Source: Octopus bimaculoides (taxonomy: Eukaryota). Taken from it: 64,000 nt of DNA. Below, piece by piece: positions 39,352-52,668 of the stretch (position 1 is the stretch's first letter; every line of letters begins with the position of its first letter). The notes below the pieces were generated by a model. That model had not been told where the DNA came from and searched no databases. It saw nothing but the letters and a program-made list of their open reading frames with translations. The position numbers and the translations under genes were made by a program. The stretch is from positions 35,435,174-35,499,173 of the forward strand of contig NC_068995.1 of the NCBI RefSeq assembly GCF_001194135.2. Direction: 5' to 3'.

Positions 39352-40212
39352 CGTGGGCCGATTAATAAGTATCCGGACTGTTGGTATGGTAACGAAGTTA
39401 AAGCACGGAGAGTAAAGCCGCTTCGTACGAATTGACCTTGAACTCTGTTGTGCATGCGCACAAAGTTTTAGCGGTCTAGCTGACTTCCATTGTTTGCATC
39501 AGTGCTTGGGAGGAAGGTGAGTAGCATGTGCTCGTCGCATTGACCATCAGCGAGAAAGTTGAGCAGAGACTCTACAACAAATTTTGCCACAGTTTTCAAA
39601 ACGTTTTCATCGTTTTCAACACAATCAGGGAGATCTTGTGCAACTGAAACCCGAGTGTCTTTTTGGTCAGCTAAAAGCTGTTTTGGCACAGACTTTGGCA
39701 GATACGCGTCTCATACTCAAATCTGCAGTGATAATGGACTAACTCAACTGTAACTAATCTGCACATCCTCGGATAACTCACAGATGGTGATTCGACGATT
39801 TCCTCTCACAGCTGCACGCACATCTGCGACGTTTTTCTCAGTTCTGCTAGTTGCGTGTCTCCCAGAAAATTTCGTCGATATCGACATCTTTCGACCATCT
39901 TGGAAACGTCTGAACAACTCGTACACTTGTGTGAGATTCATACACTCCTCTCCATACACTTTCTGCAGCTTTTCGTAGGCTTCTGAGCAGGTATCGCCGT
40001 GACAACTTTCTCTGTCATGGTCAATGCGACGATCACACGCTACACACTTTCATCCCAAGTACTGTTGTAATCAACGGAAGTGAGCTAGAACGTTAAAACT
40101 TAGTGTGCATGCACAAAAGTGTTGCAGATCAATCTGTGCCAAGCAGCTTTATTCTGCATGCTTTTACTTCGTTACTATGGCAACAGCCCGGATACTTATT
40201 CATCAGACTTCG
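39352..40212. mobile_element. Fold-back mariner derivative made of two 5' ends
   Basis: TA-flanked TIRs; ~210-bp arms homologous in inverted orientation; minus-strand HTH region YGEECM..VYELFRRFQDGR..RRITICEL. Confidence 0.88.
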
Positions 40213-40949
40213 TATAATAGCTGTGATGTGTACTGAATACTGGTGAATTTCGGGTACATTATACCAAGGGAAAAGGTTGGATGTCACGCCGGTCAAACAA
40301 CAAAAATTTTATAATCCCCACAAGTGTTAAAATACACCAGCTATTTACACCATAAGACACCATAGTATAGCACACCAATAAAAAGTACACCGCATCATAC
40401 GACGCCAACATACAAACCAACACGAACATCAACGTCAAATAACTACACCACACCAACAAATTATGTCAGATCAACACACGACACAAAAGCAATACACAAT
40501 GCCACACCAGCACACTACATCACACCCTACCAACCATATAGTATCTCTATGCCACACCAACACACTAAAGAGACAGCAACATGCTACTTTATTGCACAGA
40601 ATTAATACACTACAACACCCGGCAACATAGTTCAAACCGATACACTACAGTATACCACAAAAACTTACTATGCTATGAGTCAACGCATCACCGTATTCCG
40701 TCTCTAATAAAGACTCACACTTTTGGTCACGTGATTAATTCTATATGCTCACTCAGACCAACAGGAACAGCGTACAAATCTTACTTAAATATACACTGTT
40801 ATTTTAAAAAGTAAGGAGGCCTTCCCTAATGTGATAAAAAGAAACTATATCTGAGATATAAGCAAGATAATTATGAATAGTACATCTTTGGTCATAAGTC
40901 TGCTCGATCAAAGTAAATTGAAATCGTGTATACCAGTCACACAATAGTA

Positions 40950-41200
40950 GATGTCACCTGCATTGACGATCAATGAGGAGACGGTAGTGCCCTTTTGCTG
41001 GTTCACATATCTCAGTACCACTCTCTCAGAATCGTACTCATTGCCAATGAAGTGAACAGCAAAATTGTCAAGGTTAACATTAAATAGCTGGTGTATTTTA
41101 ACAGGTTGTCTGGGCGAGAAGGATATCAGCATCCAAGCCAGGTTAGGATCCATAAGGCCGTTCTTCTACCAAGTATCTGTTGCGTGCTTTTCATCAACAT
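40950..41200 (+). mobile_element. RTE-clade RT fragment
   Basis: FTYLSTTLS / IANEVNSKIVK / VW..DISIQARL / IHKAVLLPS across frameshifts. Confidence 0.75.
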
Positions 41201-41696
41201 GCTCACTCCTTTAAATCAAGGAACGGGCAAATTCTACTTACCTATATCAATTTATCTGGCGACCGAGAGGCTAGGGATCTAAACACCCCTCTGTAAATTA
41301 GAGCATTATCAATAAAGCTACTCCATATTTCATCAGATCACGAAATTACAGGCTTTGTCTCAGTGAAGATTCCTACACACTGAAGCAATCAGCAATTTGT
41401 CTCAATCAGAGATCGGAGATATTATCTGTTAGCATTAGAGGACGATTCACTTAATTTCTTACTGTATAAATATCCCGGATCAATCGACACAAATTCAAAA
41501 CGTTGGATCTGATGTGATACACAGAGTAATCTCTCACCGTAGGGACAATAGATTTTAAAGGGATTATACCCTTGATATCACACCAGTGCCGACGCTTTCT
41601 GACTCACTACAGCGCCAAAATACCACCACTCTTCACCAGTCACGAAATATTTCATTTCCTGCTTTATCACACGCGTAATTTATATGTATATACGCA

Positions 41697-41739
<43 letters not shown>

Positions 41740-44700
41740 ACACACACGCACACACATACACACACACACTCGCATGCGAACGTGTGTGGATTGCTTTCTA
41801 TTGAGTTTGTAGCTAATTGTTTATTAAATCATCCTATTTACTCTATCACCGTTGTGATAAATAATGAATATCTTCTGGGCTCTTTTTATTTTCTATATTG
41901 CTTAGCCTCTTGTTTCGCTTACAACTCCAAATCTTTGGCTTCCATTTTACTTCATCTTCTATACTTTTTCCTTTTTCTCGTCCTTTTTCTTTACAATTTT
42001 ATTCTTTATTTTCACTGTTTCTGAAACCTTGCCATATTAAGATTATTTCTCTGTTTAAATTCTTATTTCAATTTTTCTTTATAAATTCTCCCTTCATCAC
42101 TTCTCTGGTTCTGTTATGTTCCAAATACTATTCTGTTGACGCCTTACTTAGGGATCTAACACATTTCATTTAAATCGCTTAGGCTTCCAACGGAGCTAGG
42201 TTATGCTTAAATTCATTAGTGTTCAATGATGTAAATAATAATGATTTGATAGTGAAATATTATTCGCTCAACATCATTTGATAGGCGAGTGTAATGTATG
42301 AATGCTTCAGAAATCAGAGAGACGTAAAGAATTGTAAATGATTAAATTAATATTTTTGTAAGAAGTGATACCTAAGAAATGCAAATTTATATGAATCGCC
42401 ACAAACGCGATGATGTATAATGATGATAATATTTATTATTACGTACATGAGTTTTTGTTATCAAATTTCTATGATCAGATATCTTTAACGAAGTTATGAA
42501 TGAATTTCCTATTATTACTTTAACAGAGGAAATTACTCGTTTGTGCATCTTCATAAGCTTCGGTAATTACCAAAATATCACCAAAAAGCAAAGAAATATT
42601 CGATACATATTTCAGGTTGTTAGAAACATAATAAGTTAATAAATAACTCATTACCTCAATTAAGATTTAATGCCTTCATATCATATCTCAATAAGTAGTG
42701 AGGCATAAAACAATAGAAAGTAATCCGTAGATATAGTAATTAGATGTATAATCTGACGATCTCTATAGCAAAACAAATGCATGAAAATGTTTCACAAAAC
42801 GTTATTGTAATCATTGTATTTGTAATAACAACATGTGTTGAAGCATAAGAAACCTTTAAATAATCTGCTTTATGAATAATTTGAAAAGAAATTGGAAAAT
42901 ATACGGGAAGCTTTTATTAGATACCACTTGAATCTCATCAGGTTATTTCTATTATTATTATTCTATCCTTTTCCGCTGCATCAATCCGCGTGTTGTCAAC
43001 AGTTAACGCAACCCATCAACATGCTCTCACACTTTTGGTTAGCTAGAAAGATACGTTTTAGTCCGGAACTACATTCTGCTTCTGATTGCTAGAATGATAT
43101 ATCGTTTTACTGAATTTGTAAGCTACGTACTTGCAATAAAAAGTGATATTTGCAATATGGTTGTTGCTCTCTATATCTATAGTGAATGACACGTGTACTT
43201 TTACATTTGTTTCTCCATTCATTCTATATAATTTGCGTGCTTTCTAATGAATAAGTCCACTCCGAAATGAACCAAAGAACTTTATTTATATGTGGTCACC
43301 CCATCTGCTGGAAATAGCAGCCAAATTCTGCTTAAAACACATCCTACAATCTTAAAAATATTATATGTTAGGGAACGTAATCTTGGAAATACAAGATGGA
43401 TTAGTTAAGATTAGAATTTTTTACTTTTTTTTAATGCGCAGTTAGCACTAAACTATAGCCAGAAAACTATACTAACGTCTACAAATACCTAACTCAAGAA
43501 TTATTATAGGAGATTAGCTTATATTTCACGTCCTCTTGTGAACTATATAGCTCATAAACTTAGTAATCCCTTAAAGTACAGTAATATCCATATTTTGCTG
43601 AAGAGGTCCATTAACATTGAAACATGACCGGAGTATTTATCATTCCTGTTGAAATTAGTAAAACACTGCTGTTAATTGAATTAATATAATTTATCACAGC
43701 GTGCATTAAACATGTTAACATCAACTCAGTTATTCCTTTTTTTACGCTGTGTTATTTAGATTTTTGGGCCTAGACTTAAGCGAGTTGCCCTGTTAGGGCT
43801 AGTGTCTGCTCCCATTTTCTCATGGTACTCCTTCAGAACGGTATCCGCCACTTTGATTCCCGTTGTGTGAAACACCATCACAATAACATGGTATGAATAT
43901 GCAGAGATGACTCTCCTCTGATCTAGTTCGAGTGAGATGCCCGTAGATGCCATTAACCTCCGCTGCAAAGTTTCCAACGCCAAGACAATGGTAGGTAGCA
44001 TCCTTGGCGGAGCAAGCATGCAATGCGAATGGGTTCCGATTGGTGGATATGTATTGTGATTACCGAAATAATACTACTAATTATCTAAATAATCATATAG
44101 AAAGAACGGATTTATAAAGCTTCCGCAATCTTTAAGAAAATGAATACCGAAAAATCACAGATCAACAAAGAAAGTAAAAAAAGAATGCACAAATATAACA
44201 AGAGAGTGCAGTACTTTTCTCTTAACAACAGCGAATGTCATAAGTATCGAGCGACTAGTAAATAAACTATTACCCACGTGAGACAGGTGTAATAGTTGAT
44301 TGGCGTACTTTTGGTTGAATAGCTATCACTAACTCATGGAGAAAAGTAAAAATTTATCGGGTTTGAATTGGAGGGCAAATATGTAAAAAAAAATGATATG
44401 CTCTGGACAAATAATTCGTCGAAAGAATGAAACAAGTACCTGTCCCGTTGCCCTTTTTCTTCTATTACTACCTCATGGAGAACCTATGGGATATTAATAG
44501 AAGCACATGTCTCACGAGTGTAATACCTCATTTACTAATCCTTTAATAAATCAAAATAAAATTAGCTGTCGGCAATAGGAAAGTACAAGAGGTGCTATTC
44601 GAAATCAAAAGTCACGCGAAAAGTAAAAATTTGCTAAATTGCAAGGAAACCTGATACATAAAAGGCCACATAGTCTCTTTGAACAAAAAATACGTAACAG

Positions 44701-46616
44701 TTTATCTCCAAGCAAACGGGTTCATGAAGAACGAGGCTATATATAGACCTCTATATAATATTTATTGCAAAAGAAATTTAAAAATAGCTTTGGGAGATGT
44801 ATGCATGAGCAATGTATCCACACTACAGACGAGATATTTTATTAAAACATTTGGTTTCAGAAATGAGGATCGATAACAAAACAAGTAGCCACAGACAACG
44901 AAAATGAATAAGTAAAAATCACCAGAAGAAATATTTTGAATAACACACAAACACTGTACGAATATGTGCGAAGATAATTCTTGCAACGTCCCCTATGCAA
45001 GATGTTTATCCATATTCTCTGAGTTAGTGAAAAAGTTACGCGCCTAAAGACCGTGTGTTATATAGGTACGTTCCTTTATACATGAATATACTCCCATTTT
45101 ACATTTCAAAATAGAATAGGAAAGTATGATTCAGTCTTAGCTTGATTTTCTTGCAATAACTTCTGTTATTGCTATAATATTTAGTTCAAATTGTGCACTA
45201 GTCTACTTAACCTCTTATTTCCCGGAGTCAGTAAAATAATCGACCTTGGAAGGCAATGTCCCAGCATGACTGCACTCGAATAAAAGAACATCAGCTAAGG
45301 GATAAATAAATGTTTAACTATCTATAACTGAAGATTGATATGCTTACACAGACACAGTGTGTATGCATATGTGCGTCTGTGTGTGCCTGTACACAAGAAA
45401 TTTAACTGGAGGTAACGCTTAATGTTTATACTGGAATTTTTCTTGACAGTTCATTTTATTTCCTGCGCTGTGTTTGTGAGATGAATGGGTTAAATTTTAG
45501 ATTTAGAAATAGAAAATGGAAATTCTTAATTCAGTCTTGGCTTGCTTTTACTACTATAGCTATCGTCGTTCTTACTATTGTCAGTTATATTTATTGAAAT
45601 GACAGAAGAATCTTGGGTGGGGATGCAAATGCTGGGAATATTGTTAGTCAAAGTATAATTCTATGTTTGAAGAAGAGAACATAATCAAAAAGCAAACACC
45701 TAATTTCAAAAAGTAAATAATATATGCAAACAACCGTCAAGACTCAATGAAAATATTAATGATTATCATTGTCAGGAAGAACATGGTTTCTTACAGAAAT
45801 ATAATACCAATGGAAAATGAATAACAGAAAAATTGCAAAAATTTATGAAAAGAACAAACTATAAATAAAAAAAATATGGAGCTATAATAAATTCACCCAT
45901 TAGATCTGTAAAAATATAAAGAAAAAACATTGTATATTAGGTTTATTTCCATATTGGAAAATATGTCCTATTTAATACAAGCATCAAGAGTAGAAAATAA
46001 CTAGAAGAGATAAAACTAAAATGAAAATAATAAAAAAATTAATGGATTATAGAGATCTAAAATAGAGTATAATTAAATATGGAGATTAATTAAACAAAAA
46101 AGATAATTTTAAAACGGCAATAAACAAAATACATAATATTAAAAGAAGAATAAAATTATGGTGAATTCACCATGAGAGTGAAATGGAAAAAATAACAACT
46201 GTATAGCCAAAACCAAAATGAAGACTATAAATGGAAAATATATGAGGAAAAAATCATGTAAAATAAAAAATAATTCATTTTTATAGAATAAGATTAATAA
46301 AGAAATTATGGAATACACTTATAATTACGATACAAAATAGTTACATGTAAATTGTATAAATCTTGCAGCAAAAACGACAATGGTAATAGTTCTTTCTAAT
46401 TTTGACACAAATCAGGTGATTTTTAGGAGGTGGGAGTCAGCGGGTTACATTAACCCCAGTATTTAACTGGTACTTTAATTGAACTCGACGGGACTGGAAT
46501 TCAGGCGGTAAAAAGACAACAGTTCTCTCTCTCTCTCCCTCTCTCCCTCTCTCAAACTCTCTCACTCTCTCCCTCTCTCAAACTCTCTCACTCTCTCGAT
46601 TTCTCGCTCTCTGTGT

Positions 46617-47490
46617 GGACATCAATTCTCAGCGGAGTCCTTTAGGGAACTGTACTGGGACCACCAGTATTTGTGATAACTCTCAGATACGCTCTCAGAT
46701 ACGCTCTCAGCTATACAATCACCAGCCATGCTGATGATACAAAAGTATCACAGCCGTTCAAGGACCCTGGTGACATCCTAAAACTGCAGAAAAACTTGAA
46801 TACATTATGCAAGTGGGCTGATGAAAATAACATGCTTTTCAATGCTAAGAAGTTTCAAGCACAAACAGACTCAGAGTTGGTGCTGACCTGGAAATTCCCA
46901 TGAGTAATGATGTAACATTCTACGTGCATATTACCAACATGATATCAATGTGCAGGCGAGTAGCTGAAGAGATTCTGAGAGAGATCTTCTAAAAAAGAGT
47001 ACCATGCCGGTTCTATGGACCCAAATGTGGTCACCGCAGATTGTTAAACGGGTGGCGTAACTTGAAGCAATTCAGCGCTACTACACAAAGAAGATTGACT
47101 CAGTACAACGGAAGAGATACTGAGAAAGGCTTAAGGAACTAAAACTCTACTCTCCAGCGAAAATGTGCGAAAGATATACAGTGGTATACGTATAGAGGCT
47201 GGTGAGAGGTTTGGCTCCCAATTTGGAACTGAAATCTATACCAACCACTGTATAATATCAAATCTCCCGTCTCCTTCATCTACAATGAGGACTGAATAGA
47301 GTAACAGCTCGAGTTTCAAAGGTCTGCAATTATTCAACATTCTGCCAAACAGCTTCACAAATTGCGTTGTGTAGATGTGGCGTTCTTCAACGAATGTCTG
47401 GACGAATTCTGAGATACGAGTGAATCAACATCACGACAGGGGGTACAAGGAAGAGCAGATCCGTCCAACTACATGCTTTATCAGCAACAA
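46617..47490 (+). mobile_element. CR1-clade LINE 3' fragment
   Basis: SGV*GTVLGP, HADDTK, LQKNLNTLCKWADENNMLFNAKKFQ, EAIQRYYTKKI..Y*ERLKELKLYS. Confidence 0.85.
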
Positions 47491-47666
47491 TACAAACATG
47501 AGACCCAATCACACTAACGGAAACTAGTAAAAGATTAAAGAAATATATATATATACATACATACATACATACATATATATACATATATATATACACACAC
47601 ACACACGCACACACACACACACACACACTCACACACACACGCACCACGCACGCACGCACATATATA

Positions 47667-47868
47667 CTCTTTTACTTGTTTCAGTCTTTTGACTATGGCC
47701 ATGCTGGAGCACCGCCTTTAGTCGAGCAAATCGACCCCAGGACTTATTCTTTGGAAGCCTAGTACTTATTCTTTCGGTCTCTTTTGCCGAACCGCTAAGT
47801 TACGGGGACGTAAACACACCAGCATCGGTTGTCAAGCGATGTTGGGGGGACAAACACAGACATACAAA
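47667..47868 (-). mobile_element. Young-looking SINE-like element with microsatellite head
   Basis: ctcttttacttgtttcagtc..ccatgctggagcaccgcc..tcgaccccagg..gccgaaccgctaagttacggggacg. Confidence 0.8.
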
Positions 47869-48214
47869 NNNNNNNNNNNNNNNNNNNNNNNNNNNNNNNN
47901 NNNNNNNNNNNNNNNNNNNNNNNNNNNNNNNNNNNNNNNNNNNNNNNNNNNNNNNNNNNNNNNNNNNNNNNNNNNNNNNNNNNNNNNNNNNNNNNNNNNN
48001 NNNNNNNNNNNNNNNNNNNNNNNNNNNNNNNNNNNNNNNNNNNNNNNNNNNNNNNNNNNNNNNNNNNNNNNNNNNNNNNNNNNNNNNNNNNNNNNNNNNN
48101 NNNNNNNNNNNNNNNNNNNNNNNNNNNNNNNNNNNNNNNNNNNNNNNNNNNNNNNNNNNNNNNNNNNNNNNNNNNNNNNNNNNNNNNNNNNNNNNNNNNN
48201 NNNNNNNNNNNNNN

Positions 48215-49653
48215 AAAAGGTTGAAGAGGAACACACGAGTAGATATATATGGAAAAAAGACAAAGTAGATAATGCTAAAATACTTTTACAAAGAACATTA
48301 CAGAACCGGTTTCGATCCTTGAGATCTTTTCAACAGTAAATATGAATAATAGATTTTTGAAAAATTATTGAAAAATTAAATTTTGATAAATTTAACAGAA
48401 AAGTCTTTTTAAATACATATTTGTATAGTATTCAAGTAACAGCGGCATTTTTCTTGTTTCTGCCTGTCTCTTCTGTTTCACTTGTTAACTGTTGTGGGTT
48501 CGAAGAAGGAGTGCTATGATAGTAGCAGTGTTAATTGGTTGGGTTTCCTGATATTGACCTGTTGATGGACGTAGTGATCTGTATTGTTTATAATGTTTGC
48601 GTGGGTGTTATTCTAGACAGCAGTAACGGAGGAGGTGGTGGAAAGGAAGAAGAAGATGCCGGAGAAGATGAGGGATCGGGAGAAGGAGAGAAATAGTAAA
48701 ATGCAGGAAAGAGTGATAGTAACTAGTCGAGTAAGTAGTGATTGGGGTTGTTTTTTTATATTTTTTAATTTTTTTATAAATCCTTGCGTATCTATTTGGA
48801 GTTTATCATTTTTAATATTTGTGTGTGTGTTTTATTCTAAGGTCGTGGTGGATATGTCATTCGTTGTAGATGCGTTCAGAAGGGGTCTGTATTTTGTGAT
48901 GAAGAGAGATTCTTTACTTATTCTTTGGCTGTAGGAGGTATCGTCTCTGAATTGGTAGAGGGGAAAGATTTTGAAACTAGGTTTTTATTATTGGCGCAAA
49001 TATTGATGTGTTGGCTGAATACTATTTTTCTGTTTTGGGGAATTTTTATTTGGGATTTGTGCAGAGCCATCCGTTGACGCAGGCTGTTTTTCGTTTGGCC
49101 TAAGTACTGCTCTTGACACCCAGAGCAGGTCAATGCGTATATCAGGTTCTCCGAAGTACATGTGAAGTTACTTTTCACTGTAAAATTTTGTCCCTGTTTG
49201 AAGGAGAACTCTGATCCCGAAACTAAGCTGACACGTATCCCGCAGTTGGGTCTACCGCATTTTTGTAACGGACGGCTTCAGTGTTTGTGTCGAGCGTACT
49301 CGAGCTTGTGTTAGGAGACTTTTCAGAGATTTGGGCTATCTTTGGCTTTTTATAATGGTGTGTGTTTGGAGGAATAAGTTCATTCTGTCGTCCTTTTTTA
49401 GCAGGGGAATATTTTGAAGGATGGTGTCGAAGGCTTCATTGTTAAGAGGGTTGTATGTGGAAATGTATGGTAGCGCCTTTAATTGCAAGACCTTCTTAAA
49501 TTTGGGATGTCTGAGGTCGTGGATGCTGAGTTGAAGGGCTCGTTCAAAGCATGTGTCAATTAGTGTAGATGGGTAGTTCCCGGGGGTGAGAGTATCCTTT
49601 AGTTCATGTAGTCGAGTGTCCCTGGTGGTTGCATTAGAAACTATAGTAAAGGG
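48215..49653 (-). mobile_element. Penelope-like element: RT thumb, GIY-YIG endonuclease and 3' terminal region
   Basis: RDTRLHELK..NYP..ALPYISTYNP..KSLKSLL..KCGRPNCG..FTCTSENLIYALTCSGCQEQYLGQTKNSLRQRMALHKSQI. Confidence 0.92.
48298..48339 (-). ncRNA. Minimal hammerhead motif with U3-A8 core covariation
   Basis: ttactg TTGAAAA gatc tcaag gatc GAAA ccgg TT ctgtaa; sense orientation, in the PLE 3' terminus. Confidence 0.6.
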
Positions 49654-49879
49654 ATCTTAGATTTGTTGCTTATGTCGTGAATTTCGAGTTTGCTGAGAGT
49701 CTTTTATGAATGCGTAGATGAAAGAGGAGTAGAATGGTGATGATTTGGGATTCTTTAATTATTTTTCTGATAGTTGATGATTAGAGTAAGATTGTAAGGT
49801 ATCGACTGGCCGAATGTAAGATGTCATGGTTACTATAATTACGAGTGGCAACAAACAGAATATTTGTTTTTATTGTTCT

Positions 49880-50100
49880 TTTCTTTTTTTTCGTGCTCAT
49901 TGTGTCAGATAAATTGGCATCTCTTTTGCCGTGTTTATGACATGTTTTACAAAATATTCCGCATATTTTTGTTTCTGAAGGTTTATGTTTAGTTCTACCA
50001 ATTGTGTCTCTCGTTTATTTGTATCCACAACTATTGAAAATACACATCTTGTCATATTAAATAAAATCTTCCGTTTAATACGGATGCGTGGCATGACCTA
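49880..50100 (-). mobile_element. Second PLE RT-thumb fragment
   Basis: KRKILFNMTRCVFSIVVDTNKRETQLVEL..QKQKY..INTAKEMPI. Confidence 0.65.
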
Positions 50101-51239
50101 ACACTTATCTATAAATGTATATCTGTGTCGTATATAACAGTGTTATTTTCCTAAATTACCAGAAGGTCTAAACGAAGAAGCTCTCTTTCATTCATTTCCA
50201 TAGTTACTCAAGTCGATTCTGCTTTTTAACTGAAGGAATCTTATAAGGTTTTCCTTACTTCCTTACTTCCCAAAATATGACGCAGTCACCCAGAAAATTT
50301 TTTCTGTTATCTTTTAAATAGAATTAGAAATATTGATGAAAAGTTATCCCAAAACTGGCGTTGATTTCTTTCCAGGGAAAAAAAGCGTACTGGAAAGCAC
50401 TTAGAATCGAAAATCTTGAAAACACATAAGAGATTTTAAAAACTGAGTATTAGTCGGTTTTCCATGTAAATTTGGAGTCAAGGAGATAAGATCAGAATGA
50501 AATCAGCAAACGAAAATCGGAATACACTTCGTACTTTAAACGTTCGAATTAATCCTACAAGGAGTACCTAAATTCAAACTCAAATTCGAAAAATGTGACG
50601 CCGTTGTGGAGAAGGAATTCACCCAAAGACATTCGAAAAGACATGTGAAGAAATATTAGATCTCTAGGGAAATGCCATATAAAGACAAAGAACAAAATCA
50701 ACTACTAGAATCGTAATACCCGTGGTTACAAGAATATGAGACTAATTCAGAATAGAAATAGAGAAAAGTAAATATAGACTCAAATTTTTATTTTTATTAC
50801 AAAACTTAACAAAAGCATAAAGAACCGTAACCCTCCCTCAATAGTATACAAATTAGAAGAAGAAATAATGACAGAGAGAGACAACCCAGAACCGTTCGAA
50901 TGCAGAATTAATGAATCAAAATGTAGAGAAATTAATCAGTTCATATTAAACCAAACTCGACCACCATAAAACGTTTCCAAACAATAGCAATAGAAGAGAC
51001 GCAAAAATACAAATAAGCCAGAGAAAATAGTATGAATCTGCTCAAAACAAGTCAACATACCACGGAAGACGTTATAGCAATTAATATTGGACATGAAATA
51101 AAATGGAAACATCTCCTCGAAAAACATAGTATAGAAATGCAGAGTATAAATGACTCACAAAACAAAATCCTTTTAGGGAGCAATAGTTCCAAACTAAAAC
51201 AAAAGAAAACAATACAAAAATCCAAGGAAATACAAAACC

Positions 51240-51420
51240 ATGAAAAATGAAATAATATTTTGGGAATATGGTCTTAAATTCACATCAACTTCAAAACTAC
51301 TCGCAGCAGGTCATATAAAAAAGATAGTGAGGAATTTCGTAGAAAACTTCCTCTACAGGAATTCTTTGAAACGAAGGTTTGCAAAGATGTGTAACTTGCA
51401 AAATGATGAAACGAATTTTT
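51240..51420 (+). mobile_element. Possible PLE ORF N-terminal remnant
   Basis: GLKFTST.. followed in a shifted frame by KKDSEEFRRKLPLQEFF. Confidence 0.4.
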
Positions 51421-51847
51421 GCAGCTGGGGTTTGGAAATATTATTTAACTCTCTGTACAAGAAGAGATTTCTCCTGAACGACGTCCAGGTGTCTCATTTT
51501 CCTCGGCCAAGCAACTCGAATTAATAAGCATCCTATTCGATGAACTACGTGGAATAGCCCACGTAACATTGCCTACATAACGGTAGTTCACCTATTTTGT
51601 AAAAGTGGAACATTTTCGACCACATAACGGGTTTTGACTATTACAAGTCCACAGTGGATCTATCAAACTTTCTCATTCAGGAAACATTTACTGGTCGATC
51701 AGTGGTGCGTATAATATAAACATGCAGATCTCCGAAAAGCAATAAAACGGATCGCCTATTCCTAATCTATAAATATATGCTATGCATCAGGTCCAGATCG
51801 TGGTTTGCTTTCATTTGCATACACTACTATAGATAATATATGCGTGG

Positions 51848-51897
<50 letters not shown>

Positions 51898-52623
51898 NNN
51901 NNNNNNNNNNNNNNNNNNNNNNNNNNNNNNNNNNNNNNNNNNNNNNNNNNNNNNNNNNNNNNNNNNNNNNNNNNNNNNNNNNNNNNNNNNNNNNNNNNNN
52001 NNNNNNNNNNNNNNNNNNNNNNNNNNNNNNNNNNNNNNNNNNNNNNNNNNNNNNNNNNNNNNNNNNNNNNNNNNNNNNNNNNNNNNNNNNNNNNNNNNNN
52101 NNNNNNNNNNNNNNNNNNNNNNNNNNNNNNNNNNNNNNNNNNNNNNNNNNNNNNNNNNNNNNNNNNNNNNNNNNNNNNNNNNNNNNNNNNNNNNNNNNNN
52201 NNNNNNNNNNNNNNNNNNNNNNNNNNNNNNNNNNNNNNNNNNNNNNNNNNNNNNNNNNNNNNNNNNNNNNNNNNNNNNNNNNNNNNNNNNNNNNNNNNNN
52301 NNNNNNNNNNNNNNNNNNNNNNNNNNNNNNNNNNNNNNNNNNNNNNNNNNNNNNNNNNNNNNNNNNNNNNNNNNNNNNNNNNNNNNNNNNNNNNNNNNNN
52401 NNNNNNNNNNNNNNNNNNNNNNNNNNNNNNNNNNNNNNNNNNNNNNNNNNNNNNNNNNNNNNNNNNNNNNNNNNNNNNNNNNNNNNNNNNNNNNNNNNNN
52501 NNNNNNNNNNNNNNNNNNNNNNNNNNNNNNNNNNNNNNNNNNNNNNNNNNNNNNNNNNNNNNNNNNNNNNNNNNNNNNNNNNNNNNNNNNNNNNNNNNNN
52601 NNNNNNNNNNNNNNNNNNNNNNN

Positions 52624-52668
<45 letters not shown>

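Noticed and set aside
40270-40670. ACACC/ACACT-rich strand-biased tract
   Set aside because: Degenerate simple repeat; the hydrophobic minus-strand ORF is a compositional artefact.
45700-46350. Extremely A-rich tract resembling a decayed LINE
   Set aside because: No motif recoverable by eye.
50560-50700. Possible zinc-knuckle remnant (RRCGEGIHP)
   Set aside because: Too degraded to assign.
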